Source: Patescibacteria group bacterium (GTDB lineage: Bacteria; Patescibacteriota; Kazan-3B-28; UBA10110). Taken from it: DNA of 64,000 nt. The notes below the pieces were generated by a model that was not told where the DNA came from, made no database searches, and was given only the letters and a program-made list of their open reading frames with translations. Shown piece by piece: positions 54,635 through 63,295 of this stretch (position 1 is the stretch's first letter; every line of letters starts with the position of its first letter). Position numbers and translations under genes: made by a program. The DNA lies in NCBI GenBank assembly GCA_016936175.1, contig JAFGPN010000016.1, positions 1,648 to 65,647 on the forward strand. The letters are read 5' to 3'.

Positions 54635-55072
54635 ATGATTGACATAATTGTCAATATAGGGTATGATGAGAAAACGAGTCAGCAACCAAAAATAAAACAA
54701 AAAACCATGAATGATCGCCAGTTCGAGAAGCTCGTCCAGAACCTACAGGATGTGATGCGCTGTCCCAACTGCTCGTCCCCCTACTTCTTGGACGATATTC
54801 ATTATCTGGGGCAGATGGATACGATGACCTTTCTGCACCTGCGTTGCCACAAGTGCAGTACCCCGGTATTCGCCAGTGTGGCGGTAGCAGATCAAGAAGG
54901 TGGTTTACTCGAGGCAGAGATCGTTGATGAACAGATTATCAAGCGCCGGAAGCTAGTGGCTGCAGACTCCCCTCTGTTTCGACCAGTAACCCACGACGAT
55001 GTGCTGGACATTCACGATGCCCTATTCAAATCTGGGGATAGTCTGGATCTCTTCTTAAGCCCTGGTCGTTAA
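54635..55072 (+). CDS. Hypothetical zinc-ribbon protein
   Basis: CPNCSSPY...CHKCSTPV. The start could instead be the internal Met at MNDRQFEKL. Confidence 0.5.
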   Translation: MIDIIVNIGYDEKTSQQPKIKQKTMNDRQFEKLVQNLQDVMRCPNCSSPYFLDDIHYLGQMDTMTFLHLRCHKCSTPVFASVAVADQEGGLLEAEIVDEQIIKRRKLVAADSPLFRPVTHDDVLDIHDALFKSGDSLDLFLSPGR

Positions 55073-55095
55073 GGCCCTCGAATCACCCCAACGAA

Positions 55096-55119
55096 AGCCT
55101 TGCTCCTGCAGGGCTTTTT
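55096..55119 (+). terminator. Rho-independent terminator
   Basis: AGCCTTGC-tcct-GCAGGGCT followed by TTTT. Confidence 0.7.
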
Positions 55120-55160
55120 CAGTATAGTAACGAAGTTAGATCAGTTAAACTTTATCTCCA

Positions 55161-55841
55161 ATGGCTAAAACCGACGTGTCTAGCCTTAAGGCTACTAAAC
55201 GCGATCTATCCATCCCCCCCAGTAGATTGCGCCGAGAGGGCGTTCTCCCGGGGGTATTGTATGGTCGGGAGACAGAGCCCGTCCCCCTTTCGATTCCTTT
55301 CGATGCTTTTGAGCGGCTGTATCGCGAGGCCGGCGAGACCACTATTATCGGTTTACAGATCGAAGGCGAGGCGACACCGCGCCAGATTTTGGTAAAAGAT
55401 ACTCAGTTCGATCCGGTAGAGGGTAATCACATTCACGTCGATCTTTATCAAATTAAGGCTGACGAAGAGCTTAAGGCAACTGTGCCACTTAAGTTTATTA
55501 ACGAAGCCCCAGCGGTTAAAGAATTTGGTGGCATTCTAATTACTAATAAAGATGAGATTGAGGTAGAGTGTTTGCCAAAAGATTTACCGCGCGACATCGA
55601 AGTAAACTTAGCCGTGTTAACCACCATCGATAGCTCCATCACGGTTAAAGATTTAGTAATTCCTAATGGTGTCAAGACTTTATCCGAACCGGACGAGTCG
55701 ATTGTGGTAGTTACACCGCCGGCCGCCGAAGAAGTGGAGCCAGAAGTTAAGACCGAAGCCGAGGCAGTAGCCGAAGTAGAGGCCACCGAAGAAAAACCTG
55801 CTACCGAAGAAGAAAATCCAGAAGAGGACAAAAAAGAATAA
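55161..55841 (+). CDS. rplY: 50S ribosomal protein L25 / general stress protein Ctc
   Basis: LRREGVLPGVLYG...H.DLYQI, with an acidic C-terminal tail. Confidence 0.88.
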   Translation: MAKTDVSSLKATKRDLSIPPSRLRREGVLPGVLYGRETEPVPLSIPFDAFERLYREAGETTIIGLQIEGEATPRQILVKDTQFDPVEGNHIHVDLYQIKADEELKATVPLKFINEAPAVKEFGGILITNKDEIEVECLPKDLPRDIEVNLAVLTTIDSSITVKDLVIPNGVKTLSEPDESIVVVTPPAAEEVEPEVKTEAEAVAEVEATEEKPATEEENPEEDKKE

Positions 55842-55866
55842 TTCCTGCTAACTAATTTAATAAACA

Positions 55867-55903
55867 ACCTTCGCCGCAAAAATTTGCGGCGAAGGTTTTA
55901 TTT
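55867..55903 (+). terminator. Rho-independent terminator after rplY
   Basis: ACCTTCGCCGC-aaaaattt-GCGGCGAAGGT followed by TTTATTT. Confidence 0.8.
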
Positions 55904-56027
55904 AGCTAATAATTCAACGATTTGTGTTGCGTGGCTTGACAAGAATAGTTACAATTTAGTTACGGGGGTGTTACAATAACAAAGTTAATAGGAAAATTTT
56001 ATTAGTTAATTTCGAGGAGGGTAGGAC

Positions 56028-56213
56028 ATGGCTGTCAGAAGACGCCGTAAGGCTGCCGCCAAGAAGACCACCACAAAAAAAAGGAGAGTGGTCCGTCGCC
56101 GCAAGGCGAAGAAGGCCGCACCTAAAAAGAGAGTGGTCCGTCGCCGCAAGGCGAAGAAGGCCGCGCCTAAGAAGAAAGTTGTCCGCCGTCGCCGCAGAAA
56201 GGCGCGCAAGTAG
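56028..56213 (+). CDS. Tiny, extremely basic tandem-repeat protein (histone H1-like / AKKA-repeat)
   Basis: 61 aa, more than half Arg/Lys. GAGGAGGG lies 7 nt upstream of the ATG and a terminator follows directly. A 45-bp unit repeats at 56085-56129 and 56130-56174, encoding RVVRRRKAKKAAPKK. Confidence 0.65.
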   Translation: MAVRRRRKAAAKKTTTKKRRVVRRRKAKKAAPKKRVVRRRKAKKAAPKKKVVRRRRRKARK

Positions 56214-56238
56214 GCGGATAACAGATTTTGCAATCAAA

Positions 56239-56267
56239 GAGCTCACAGCCAATGCGGTGAGCTTTTT
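56239..56267 (+). terminator. Rho-independent terminator
   Basis: AGAGCTCAC-agccaatgcg-GTGAGCT followed by TTTT. Confidence 0.7.
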
Positions 56268-56296
56268 GGTTAAAGAAAGTTGACTGAGAGCTAATT

Positions 56297-56325
56297 ATCC
56301 TCTATGGTGGGGCTGTTTTAATCTT
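56297..56325 (+). promoter_or_regulatory. Candidate sigma-70-type promoter for 56352..56750
   Basis: TTGACT, a 17-nt spacer, then TATGGT. AAAGGAGGTGA follows, 6 nt before the ATG. Confidence 0.5.
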
Positions 56326-56351
56326 GCTTGGGCAAAGGAGGTGAATAACCA

Positions 56352-56750
56352 ATGCCCTCAACCGAGCCTTTGACATGTGAGTCTCAGTTCCAAAGCTCCG
56401 ATTCTTTTACCAACCGGTTGTTGGTCGCAGCAGTGGAGGTGTTGTTGTCCGCTATCATCAACCCAGCCACGCCCCCATCCCCCATTTCGTATCTGCCCCG
56501 CTACTCATATCAGGTTCTCGATGAACACTTGCGTCGAACCTATCTTCCCCAACAACTTTCAGAATCCGCGCTAGAGATAGTTAGCATGTTCCTGCCCATC
56601 GATGGGAATTGGAACACTTTATTGGATCTAGCGTCAATGCTAACCAACAAAAGGGACCAGGTAATTCTAATCGGAGCAGTTGCTTATATCGAAGCGTGGA
56701 GCAGGTTTAACCCTCTTCCAACCTCAAGTGGCAATACGCCTCGCGGTTAA
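56352..56750 (+). CDS. Hypothetical protein
   Basis: 132-aa ORF with a strong SD and candidate promoter. No motif recognised. Confidence 0.55.
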   Translation: MPSTEPLTCESQFQSSDSFTNRLLVAAVEVLLSAIINPATPPSPISYLPRYSYQVLDEHLRRTYLPQQLSESALEIVSMFLPIDGNWNTLLDLASMLTNKRDQVILIGAVAYIEAWSRFNPLPTSSGNTPRG

Positions 56751-56811
56751 CTATAAAGATACAGCTGGCATTGCTACCAGCCGCCCTCTTTAAACATTAG
56801 CCGCTTTTTTA

Positions 56812-57336
56812 TTAAGCCGCTTTTTCTAATTCTTTTTCGTAACGGTTTAGATCGGTTACGTTGTAAAGACGGTGACCCCCGACTTCCGGGCGATTAGATA
56901 CTTGTAATTTAGAGCGGGCGATAAGTCCTCGCACTCGGCTATCAGCCATTCTCTTACTGTCTTTGCCGTATTTCTTTTTCCAGTCTGGATTGGTGGTTAA
57001 TCCCTCTGCCATTAGGTAAAACAGCTCGCTAGCCCGGTCAGCCTCCAATAAATCTTCTTTGGCTAATTCTTCTATTGCTACCAAGATGCGCGCGGGCTCG
57101 TCATTATGAAAATCACGCACGTGTGGCGTAACCATCTCGCGAATCTCTTGAGCGACATCTTCCCCGGCCCGAGCCTCGATTAGAGGCATCAGCTCCCCGG
57201 TGATTAGGTCCATCCCTGCCTTAACTGCTGCATCGATAGGGGGCAACTTGTCGGCGGGTAAATTAAAAGTCCAGGTTTCACCATCCCCGTAAACGGGGAC
57301 ATCGGGAATACGTTCACCTTGTTGATCTCTGCTCAT
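56812..57336 (-). CDS. Hypothetical protein, possible C-terminal HTH
   Basis: 174 aa. The C-terminal SKRMADSRVRGLIARSKLQV...GGHRLYNVTDLNRY loosely resembles excisionase/MerR-type HTH. Weak call. Confidence 0.4.
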   Translation of the reverse strand: MSRDQQGERIPDVPVYGDGETWTFNLPADKLPPIDAAVKAGMDLITGELMPLIEARAGEDVAQEIREMVTPHVRDFHNDEPARILVAIEELAKEDLLEADRASELFYLMAEGLTTNPDWKKKYGKDSKRMADSRVRGLIARSKLQVSNRPEVGGHRLYNVTDLNRYEKELEKAA

Positions 57337-57456
57337 AGCTGTTTAAGTTACTTTTCTAATAAATGATTGTTTTATTAGTATATCACAAAAAGCCGCTCCT
57401 GTAAAGCATTTTTTCACACCTACCCCATATGATTTCTAAAATATCAGGTCAGAGCC

Positions 57457-57575
57457 TATACCCCGTTAGAAATTCGGCGATGCTGCTTATCCCACCACTA
57501 AGATTGTCGCGCGGTAGCGCGTTGCTCACTAATGTCTACTTTTCAGCTTTGGTGGTCAATTTCTAACGGGGTATA
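57457..57575. repeat. LIR element, copy 5
   Basis: Perfect 18-bp arms TATACCCCGTTAGAAATT (57457-57474) and AATTTCTAACGGGGTATA (57558-57575). Core GCGGTAGCGCGTTGCT at 57511-57526. It lies 9 nt upstream of the alaS ATG. Confidence 0.85.
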
Positions 57576-57584
57576 CTATAAAAG

Positions 57585-59333
57585 ATGGACTATCGAGAGC
57601 TAAGGCAAAAATTTATTAGTTTTTGGCAGGAGCAGGGTCACGCCCTGGTCCCGTCATCTTCTCTAATCCCCCAACACGACGCCTCGGTGTTGTTGACTAC
57701 CGCCGGGATGCAACAGTTCAAACCTTATTTTACTGGGACGCCTAGCCCGTATGGCGCCAGCGTGGTCAGCATTCAAAAATGTTTTCGGACTGCCGACATC
57801 GACGAGATTGGAGACGATACTCACCTCACCTTCTTTGAAATGCTAGGGCACTTCTCTTTTGGTGATTATTTTAAAGATAAGGCGCTAAAATTAGCCTGGC
57901 AATTTATTACCAGCCCCGATTACCTGGGCATCGACCCAAAGCGAATCTATGCTTCCTATTACAATGGCGACAGACCAAATACAACGGCGGATGATGTCTC
58001 AAAACAGATCTTGGAGTCGTTACCAGGGCTAACTAAGGTAGTCGCTCGAGGCGCGGTGGATAATTTTTGGGGCCCAACCGGAGATGAAGGTCCCTGCGGG
58101 CCAAACGTCGAGTTCTATGTTGATGATGTCGAAATCTGGAACGAGGTATTTAACGAATTTTATTGCCAAGTCGATGGCGCACTAACCCCCCTATCTACGC
58201 CTGGTGTTGATATGGGCGGCGGATTGGAGCGCATCTTAACTGCAGTAACGCCAGAAGCCACCAGTCTTTATGACACAGATGCCTTTGCCCCCATCATTGA
58301 GGCGATTAAGCAACACGCTCCCGGTGTGGGAGAGAACGAGCGATCCCTTAGAATAATATCCGACCATCTGCGCGGTAGCGTATTTTTACTGGGCGACCAT
58401 ATTCAGCCGAGCAACAAAGAACAGGGCTATATTTTGCGTCGTTTGCTTAGGCGAGCCATCTTGCATTTAGATAAATTAGGCGCTGTCGCTGGTTTCGAAG
58501 AAATTATCACTACGATTATTAACCAGTATGGCGAATTTTATCCCGAGTTGCTTAAGGAACAAAAGATGATTTTGCAGTTAGCCGCTCTTGAGCGAGACAA
58601 GTTTCTTAAGACTATTGCCGATGGCCAGAAAGAACTGGCCAAGATATTAAACAAGGTCGGGTCGGTGGTAGACGGCGAAGTAGCATTTAGTTTATTCTCC
58701 ACTTATGGCTTGCCTCTCGATTTTGTTAAAGAAGAAGCCCAGCGGTTAAATAAATCGATCGACCTACCGGCTTACGATCAGGCGTTTGCCAAACATCAAG
58801 AGGTTTCTCGGGCGGGGGTAGAGAGCAAATTCGGTGGACACGGCCTAGCCTCCGGCGCGGTTGTTAGCGAAGCCGATAAACAGATAATTACCCGAATGCA
58901 TACCGCTACTCATCTGTTGCATGCGGCTTTAATAAAGTTTTTGGGGCCCGAAGTTAAGCAGGGCGGATCGGATTTAACCACGGAACGAATCCGTTTTGAT
59001 TTTACCTTTTCGCGTGGGATGACGACCGAAGAAAAACAGCAGGTAGAAGATTGGGTTAACGCCCGAATCAAGCAAAACCTAAAAGTTTTGCGCGAGGAGA
59101 AGCCGATTAAAGATGCCTTAGCCGAAGGGGCGCTATCTTTCTTTAAAGAAAAATATCCAGATATCGTTAGCGTCTACACTATATATAATGAAAGTACTGG
59201 CGAGGTGGTCAGCAAGGAACTCTGCGGCGGCCCGCACATAGAGCATACGGGAGAGATTGGAGCATTTCACATTACCAAAGAACAGAGTAGCTCCGCTGGG
59301 GTTCGTCGAATTCGTGCAACAATCGGGAAATAA
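57585..59333 (+). CDS. alaS: Alanine--tRNA ligase, compact form lacking the C-Ala domain
   Basis: Catalytic N-terminus FISFWQEQGHALVPSSSLIP..D.S.LLTTAGMQQFKPYF, plus FFEMLGHFSFGDYFK. Editing-core motifs HTATHLLHAAL and CGGPH. Ends just after GVRRIRATIGK at 582 aa. Confidence 0.88.
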   Translation: MDYRELRQKFISFWQEQGHALVPSSSLIPQHDASVLLTTAGMQQFKPYFTGTPSPYGASVVSIQKCFRTADIDEIGDDTHLTFFEMLGHFSFGDYFKDKALKLAWQFITSPDYLGIDPKRIYASYYNGDRPNTTADDVSKQILESLPGLTKVVARGAVDNFWGPTGDEGPCGPNVEFYVDDVEIWNEVFNEFYCQVDGALTPLSTPGVDMGGGLERILTAVTPEATSLYDTDAFAPIIEAIKQHAPGVGENERSLRIISDHLRGSVFLLGDHIQPSNKEQGYILRRLLRRAILHLDKLGAVAGFEEIITTIINQYGEFYPELLKEQKMILQLAALERDKFLKTIADGQKELAKILNKVGSVVDGEVAFSLFSTYGLPLDFVKEEAQRLNKSIDLPAYDQAFAKHQEVSRAGVESKFGGHGLASGAVVSEADKQIITRMHTATHLLHAALIKFLGPEVKQGGSDLTTERIRFDFTFSRGMTTEEKQQVEDWVNARIKQNLKVLREEKPIKDALAEGALSFFKEKYPDIVSVYTIYNESTGEVVSKELCGGPHIEHTGEIGAFHITKEQSSSAGVRRIRATIGK

Positions 59334-59339
59334 CTATCA

Positions 59340-60596
59340 ATGGCATTGTTTGGCCAAAAAGGAGGGCGTAAGAAATCCACAGATTATTTTGTGGCGGTTG
59401 ATGCTGGCACGGACCTGGTTAAATGCTTGGTTTTTTCCAAAACCGATGGTGTTGGAGCCACAATCTTGGGTGGTAGCACGGTACCCCACGTCGATGGCAG
59501 TATGCGGGGCGGCATGGTGATCAATATCCCCGAGGCGGCCGTCACCTTTAAAAAGGCCGTAGAGACAGCTGCGCACCAAGCTAACGTCAGACCTACTAAT
59601 TTAATAATGAGTATGCCCGGAGATCTGACCAAAAGTTTGGTTACCACGGTGCACTATCACCGGGCTCAGCCCGAGGCGCACATCGATTCCGGGGAACTAA
59701 AAAATATTATCTACAAGGTCCAGCTAAAAGCTTATGAGCAGATGCGACAACTAATGGTGAAAGAACAGGAGGAGGGCTCGCTGGATGTTAAGCTAATCAA
59801 TACTACGGTCGTGGACATGCGAGTGGATGGCTATAAAATTGCTAATCCCCTGGGTTTTCAGGGTGGTACAGTTACGTTAAGCATTTTTAATGTATTTGCT
59901 CCGCTGGTCCATTTGGGCGCCTTGCAAGCGATTGCTGACGAATTAGAGTTAGACCTAATTAGCGTGGCCGCCGGTCCTTACGCTTTAACTCGATGTCTAA
60001 CTGCTCACGATGAGAATCTTAGTGGTATATTTATCGATGTTGGGGCGCAGACCACCGATTTGGTGGTGGTAAGCGAAGGCGGTATCGCCGGTATTCAAAA
60101 CTTTGCGCTGGGCGGTAATGCCTTTAGCCGAGTTTTGGCTTCGGAGTTAAAGCTCTCGGAGGATAAGGCCGAGCAGACCAAGGTCGATTACGGCGAAGAT
60201 CTATTAGATAAAAAATCTAAGGGCAAGCTTCAGCCCATACTGCAATCTGTGGCGTTAATGTGGGCCCGCGGGGTTACCCAAGGGTTAGGCGAATTCACTC
60301 ATTTAGATGTGTTGCCTAATCGTATTTTTATTGGCGGTGGTGGAGCCGCACTTCCCGAGATTAAAAACGCCTTAATGACCAAAGCCTTTGCCGAGGGATT
60401 GCCGTTTACCAAAAAACCCTATCCGGCCGTAATCGAATCAACCGAATTAAACGATATCGCTTTGGCCGAAGGAGTAAACTTAAATCGAACCGACTTGGTG
60501 GCAGCTGGCCTAGTTTATCTGACGCTAGCTACCGAAACTCCAGAGGATGTAGTTGGAACGATTCTTAGACGTATAGCCTTAAGCATGCAAGTGTAG
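59340..60596 (+). CDS. ftsA: Actin-like ATPase, FtsA-like cell division protein
   Basis: VAVDAGTDLVKCLVF (phosphate 1), FIDVGAQTTDLVV (phosphate 2) and IGGGGAALPEI (adenosine). Confidence 0.6.
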   Translation: MALFGQKGGRKKSTDYFVAVDAGTDLVKCLVFSKTDGVGATILGGSTVPHVDGSMRGGMVINIPEAAVTFKKAVETAAHQANVRPTNLIMSMPGDLTKSLVTTVHYHRAQPEAHIDSGELKNIIYKVQLKAYEQMRQLMVKEQEEGSLDVKLINTTVVDMRVDGYKIANPLGFQGGTVTLSIFNVFAPLVHLGALQAIADELELDLISVAAGPYALTRCLTAHDENLSGIFIDVGAQTTDLVVVSEGGIAGIQNFALGGNAFSRVLASELKLSEDKAEQTKVDYGEDLLDKKSKGKLQPILQSVALMWARGVTQGLGEFTHLDVLPNRIFIGGGGAALPEIKNALMTKAFAEGLPFTKKPYPAVIESTELNDIALAEGVNLNRTDLVAAGLVYLTLATETPEDVVGTILRRIALSMQV

Positions 60597-60601
60597 ACCT
60601 G

Positions 60602-60731
60602 CCCCGTTAGAAGCCTGCTATTAGCTCAATGCAATATTTAACTAAAAATACTAACCATGTTTAAATCTCATATACTACTAACTGCGTGCAAAAAGGCTAA
60701 AGTATTTTTGCGCCGAGGGCTTCTAACAGGG
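60602..60731. repeat. LIR element, copy 6
   Basis: Arms CCCCGTTAGAAGCC (60602-60615) and GGCTTCTAACAGGG (60718-60731) pair at 13 of 14 positions. AT-rich interior with hairpin GCAAAAA...TTTTTGC. The last G is the first base of the downstream GTG. Confidence 0.75.
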
Positions 60732-62398
60732 TGAAAAAACGCAAAGCCATTTATTTAGATGCTAACGCCGATATTGCTTCGACTTTAAGCAAACTCTCTC
60801 GTTTAGATGCCGAAGAGATAATTTTGGCGGTGCCAAAAGGATCCGTGCTGTTTCATAGCTTGGTTAACTTAAAGATTATCAAAGCGGAGGTCGATGGATT
60901 GGGCAAACGGTTGATTTTAGTGACCACGGATGTGCGTGGTCGAGTGATGGCGGAGCGGGCTGATATCTCCACTTCCAGCGATTTGGAACTACCCGAAGAG
61001 GACGAGGGTGCCACGGCGGTTGCGGTTTCAACGAAGCCCGCCGCATCCCCTATCGCGCGGCCTGGTGGATTTAAAAACGAAGCCAAACTAACGTACAAAA
61101 AACGCAAGTTACCAGCAACGCCAGCCTTTAAGCTGACCACTGCGCGGCCAGATACCCCCACCGCAAAACCGCCCAGTACAACGACTCGTTCCAAAGGTAA
61201 CTGGGGCAGGGGCAGTATAGTAGTCGGCTTTGTGGTCTTAGCCCTATTAGTAATGGGGGCTTTGGCCTATTTTGTATTACCCCACGCTACCGTTAATTTG
61301 GATATTAGCGCCGAACCGTTTAACCACAAGTTTAAATTAGTAGTAGCTGACCAGGATGACAAAAGCGCCGCCGGTCAGAACTTGTTTAAAGGTCGATTTG
61401 TGGAGGTGACCAAAGAAGTGGTTCAAACCTTTGAGGCCACAGGTGGGAAAAATAGAGGCAATGCCGCCGGTGGAACGATTACCGTCTATAACTACACTTC
61501 TTCGCTTAAAGGCTTAATTCCAGAAACACGCTTTGTAGCTCCTTCGGGGTTGGTGTTTAGAATTAAAGCGGATGTCTTAGTGGCGCCAGCCAAGAGAGGT
61601 GCCGACGGTTCTCTAATTCCCGGTCGAACCAACGCCAAGGTTGTGGCTGACAGCGGCGGAACCATTGGCAATCTACCAACTGGAACTAAGTTAACTATTC
61701 CTGGGCTGGGGGCGGCCGGTATCGATCAGGTTTATGGTAAAAGCGATGAGCCGTTTGTTGGCGGAACAGATAGTGAGATAAAGATAGTGGTCGAATCGGA
61801 CATCGAATCGGCCAAAGAGTCTATTAGCAAAAATGTTTTTCTGAATATCGAAGAAGAGCTACGGGCCAAAGTTAGTCGGGGGGAAGAGTTAGTGCCTCAG
61901 CTGATCCAAAACGATGTAATCGATAGTGTTCCTTCGGTAGCGGCCGGGGCAGAACGAGAGAGTTTTGATTTAAAGGTTCAGGTTAGAAGCTGGACACTGT
62001 TACCCGACAAAGACCGACTAGCTGGCATTATTAACAACACGGTCCAATCAATCGTCCCTCGTGACCAAGTGCTCACTCCGCAAACCATCAGCAGTGCGCG
62101 AGTGGTGCTAGATAACGCAGATTTTCTTATGCATACCATCGATTTTACGGTAGAACTGGATGGCCTAATTGCGCCTAAATTAGATCTTGGAGAACTAGCT
62201 GGGAGCATCTCTAATCGCTCGGTAGTAGAAGCTGGAAAATTATTTGATAGCTTGCCCAAGGTTATTTCTCACAAAATAAAGTTGTGGCCATTTTGGACCG
62301 AACGACTTCCAATTTTAGAGAGTAACATTCGGATTAATCTGGCTTATATCAACCAAGCGGCGGGGGCGGCGGATGCAGAAAGTGCAAGTACCCCATGA
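60731..62398 (+). CDS. Hypothetical bitopic membrane protein (cytoplasmic N-domain, one TM, large external domain)
   Basis: 555 aa with TM IVVGFVVLALLVMGALAYFVL near residue 175. No motif recognised. The gene is translationally linked to ruvX (ATGA overlap). Confidence 0.55.
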   Translation: MKKRKAIYLDANADIASTLSKLSRLDAEEIILAVPKGSVLFHSLVNLKIIKAEVDGLGKRLILVTTDVRGRVMAERADISTSSDLELPEEDEGATAVAVSTKPAASPIARPGGFKNEAKLTYKKRKLPATPAFKLTTARPDTPTAKPPSTTTRSKGNWGRGSIVVGFVVLALLVMGALAYFVLPHATVNLDISAEPFNHKFKLVVADQDDKSAAGQNLFKGRFVEVTKEVVQTFEATGGKNRGNAAGGTITVYNYTSSLKGLIPETRFVAPSGLVFRIKADVLVAPAKRGADGSLIPGRTNAKVVADSGGTIGNLPTGTKLTIPGLGAAGIDQVYGKSDEPFVGGTDSEIKIVVESDIESAKESISKNVFLNIEEELRAKVSRGEELVPQLIQNDVIDSVPSVAAGAERESFDLKVQVRSWTLLPDKDRLAGIINNTVQSIVPRDQVLTPQTISSARVVLDNADFLMHTIDFTVELDGLIAPKLDLGELAGSISNRSVVEAGKLFDSLPKVISHKIKLWPFWTERLPILESNIRINLAYINQAAGAADAESASTP

Positions 62399-62793
62399 GA
62401 ATTCTCGGTATCGATCTAGGTAAGAAGCGGATTGGCTTAGCTCTGGGTGATACTGAGAGCCGGATTGCAATTGGATTACCCACTATTCAGAATAATCGTC
62501 AAGTAGTGGAAAATATAAAAGCGGTTATTGAGGGCGAGCGAATCCAACGGTTGATAATTGGCCTTCCCAAAACCATGAGTGGGGGCACCGGAGAACAGGC
62601 CGGGTACACTCAAAAATGGGCCGCCAAGATTAAGGAACTTCTCGGGATAGAAGTGGTCTATGAAGACGAACGGCTGAGCAGCAAGATGGCTCGTGATGGC
62701 CTACTGGCTCTCGGTCATAAGCTTAAAAAAGAGGATATCGATCAGGCTGCCGCGGTGTTGATACTGCAGAGCTATCTTGACCGACTCGGTTAG
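62395..62793 (+). CDS. ruvX: Putative pre-16S rRNA nuclease / Holliday junction resolvase-like YqgF
   Basis: MRILGIDLGKKRIGLALGD, 132 aa. Confidence 0.88.
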   Translation: MRILGIDLGKKRIGLALGDTESRIAIGLPTIQNNRQVVENIKAVIEGERIQRLIIGLPKTMSGGTGEQAGYTQKWAAKIKELLGIEVVYEDERLSSKMARDGLLALGHKLKKEDIDQAAAVLILQSYLDRLG

Positions 62794-62858
62794 ATCGATT
62801 TGACAGCGGAGAGCAGGTATTTTACAATGTGGGAGATGTTATTTAAGGGAGGTGATCA

Positions 62859-63131
62859 ATGAACAAGTCCGAAATCATTGAGCTCATTGCGCGTAAAGCG
62901 AATGTGTCCAAGAAGACTGCCACTCAGTCGATGGATATTTTTGTTAATGCGGTCAAAAGTAATTTGGCTGCTGGCAAAAATGTTACCATTACCGGGTTTG
63001 GCACCTTCACCCTCAGCACTCGCGCCGCTCGTAACGGTGTGAATCCGCAGACGGGTAAGTCCATTCGTATCCCGGCCACCAAAGTTCCTCGGTTCAAGGC
63101 CGGCAAGACGCTGCGCAGTCTCATTCACTAA
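62859..63131 (+). CDS. hup: HU-family DNA-binding protein
   Basis: MNKSEIIELIA...GFGTF....RAARNGVNPQTG..I.IPA..VP.FKAGK. Confidence 0.93.
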   Translation: MNKSEIIELIARKANVSKKTATQSMDIFVNAVKSNLAAGKNVTITGFGTFTLSTRAARNGVNPQTGKSIRIPATKVPRFKAGKTLRSLIH

Positions 63132-63150
63132 TTGTTTTCAACTATTAATT

Positions 63151-63186
63151 CTCCCTCCCCCTTTATTTGGGGTAGGGAGTTTTATT
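63151..63186 (+). terminator. Rho-independent terminator after hup
   Basis: CTCCCTCCCCC-tttattt-GGGGTAGGGAG (one mismatch) followed by TTTTATT. Confidence 0.7.
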
Positions 63187-63220
63187 AGGTCGGGCTTACC
63201 TCTATAATTAAATCTGACTA

Positions 63221-63295
63221 GCGGGTATCGTATAGTGGCTATTATGTCACCCTTCCAAGGTGAAGATGGGGGTTCGACTCCCCCTACCCGCTCCA
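63221..63295 (+). tRNA. tRNA-Gly (anticodon UCC), CCA encoded
   Basis: Acceptor GCGGGTA/TACCCGC, anticodon stem TCACC/GGTGA with loop CTTCCAA, T-arm GGGGG-TTCGACT-CCCCC, discriminator T then CCA. Confidence 0.9.

Noticed and set aside
56085-56174. 45-bp direct repeats as a possible mini-CRISPR or other array
   Set aside because: There are only two contiguous units with no spacers, and they are in-frame inside a coding sequence.
55971-56252. Minus-strand ORFs (93 and 75 aa) antisense to the basic mini-protein
   Set aside because: The repeat keeps several frames open. Only the plus-strand ORF has a GGAGG site at correct spacing and a downstream plus-strand terminator. The minus-strand products are low-complexity Leu/Arg/Ala shadows.
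57457-57575. LIR elements as ordinary MITE copies with terminal inverted repeats
   Set aside because: Interiors are unrelated except between copies 4 and 5. Arm sequences differ between copies but co-vary within each copy. I see no target-site duplications, and no transposase is present. Not fully excluded without a genome-wide census.
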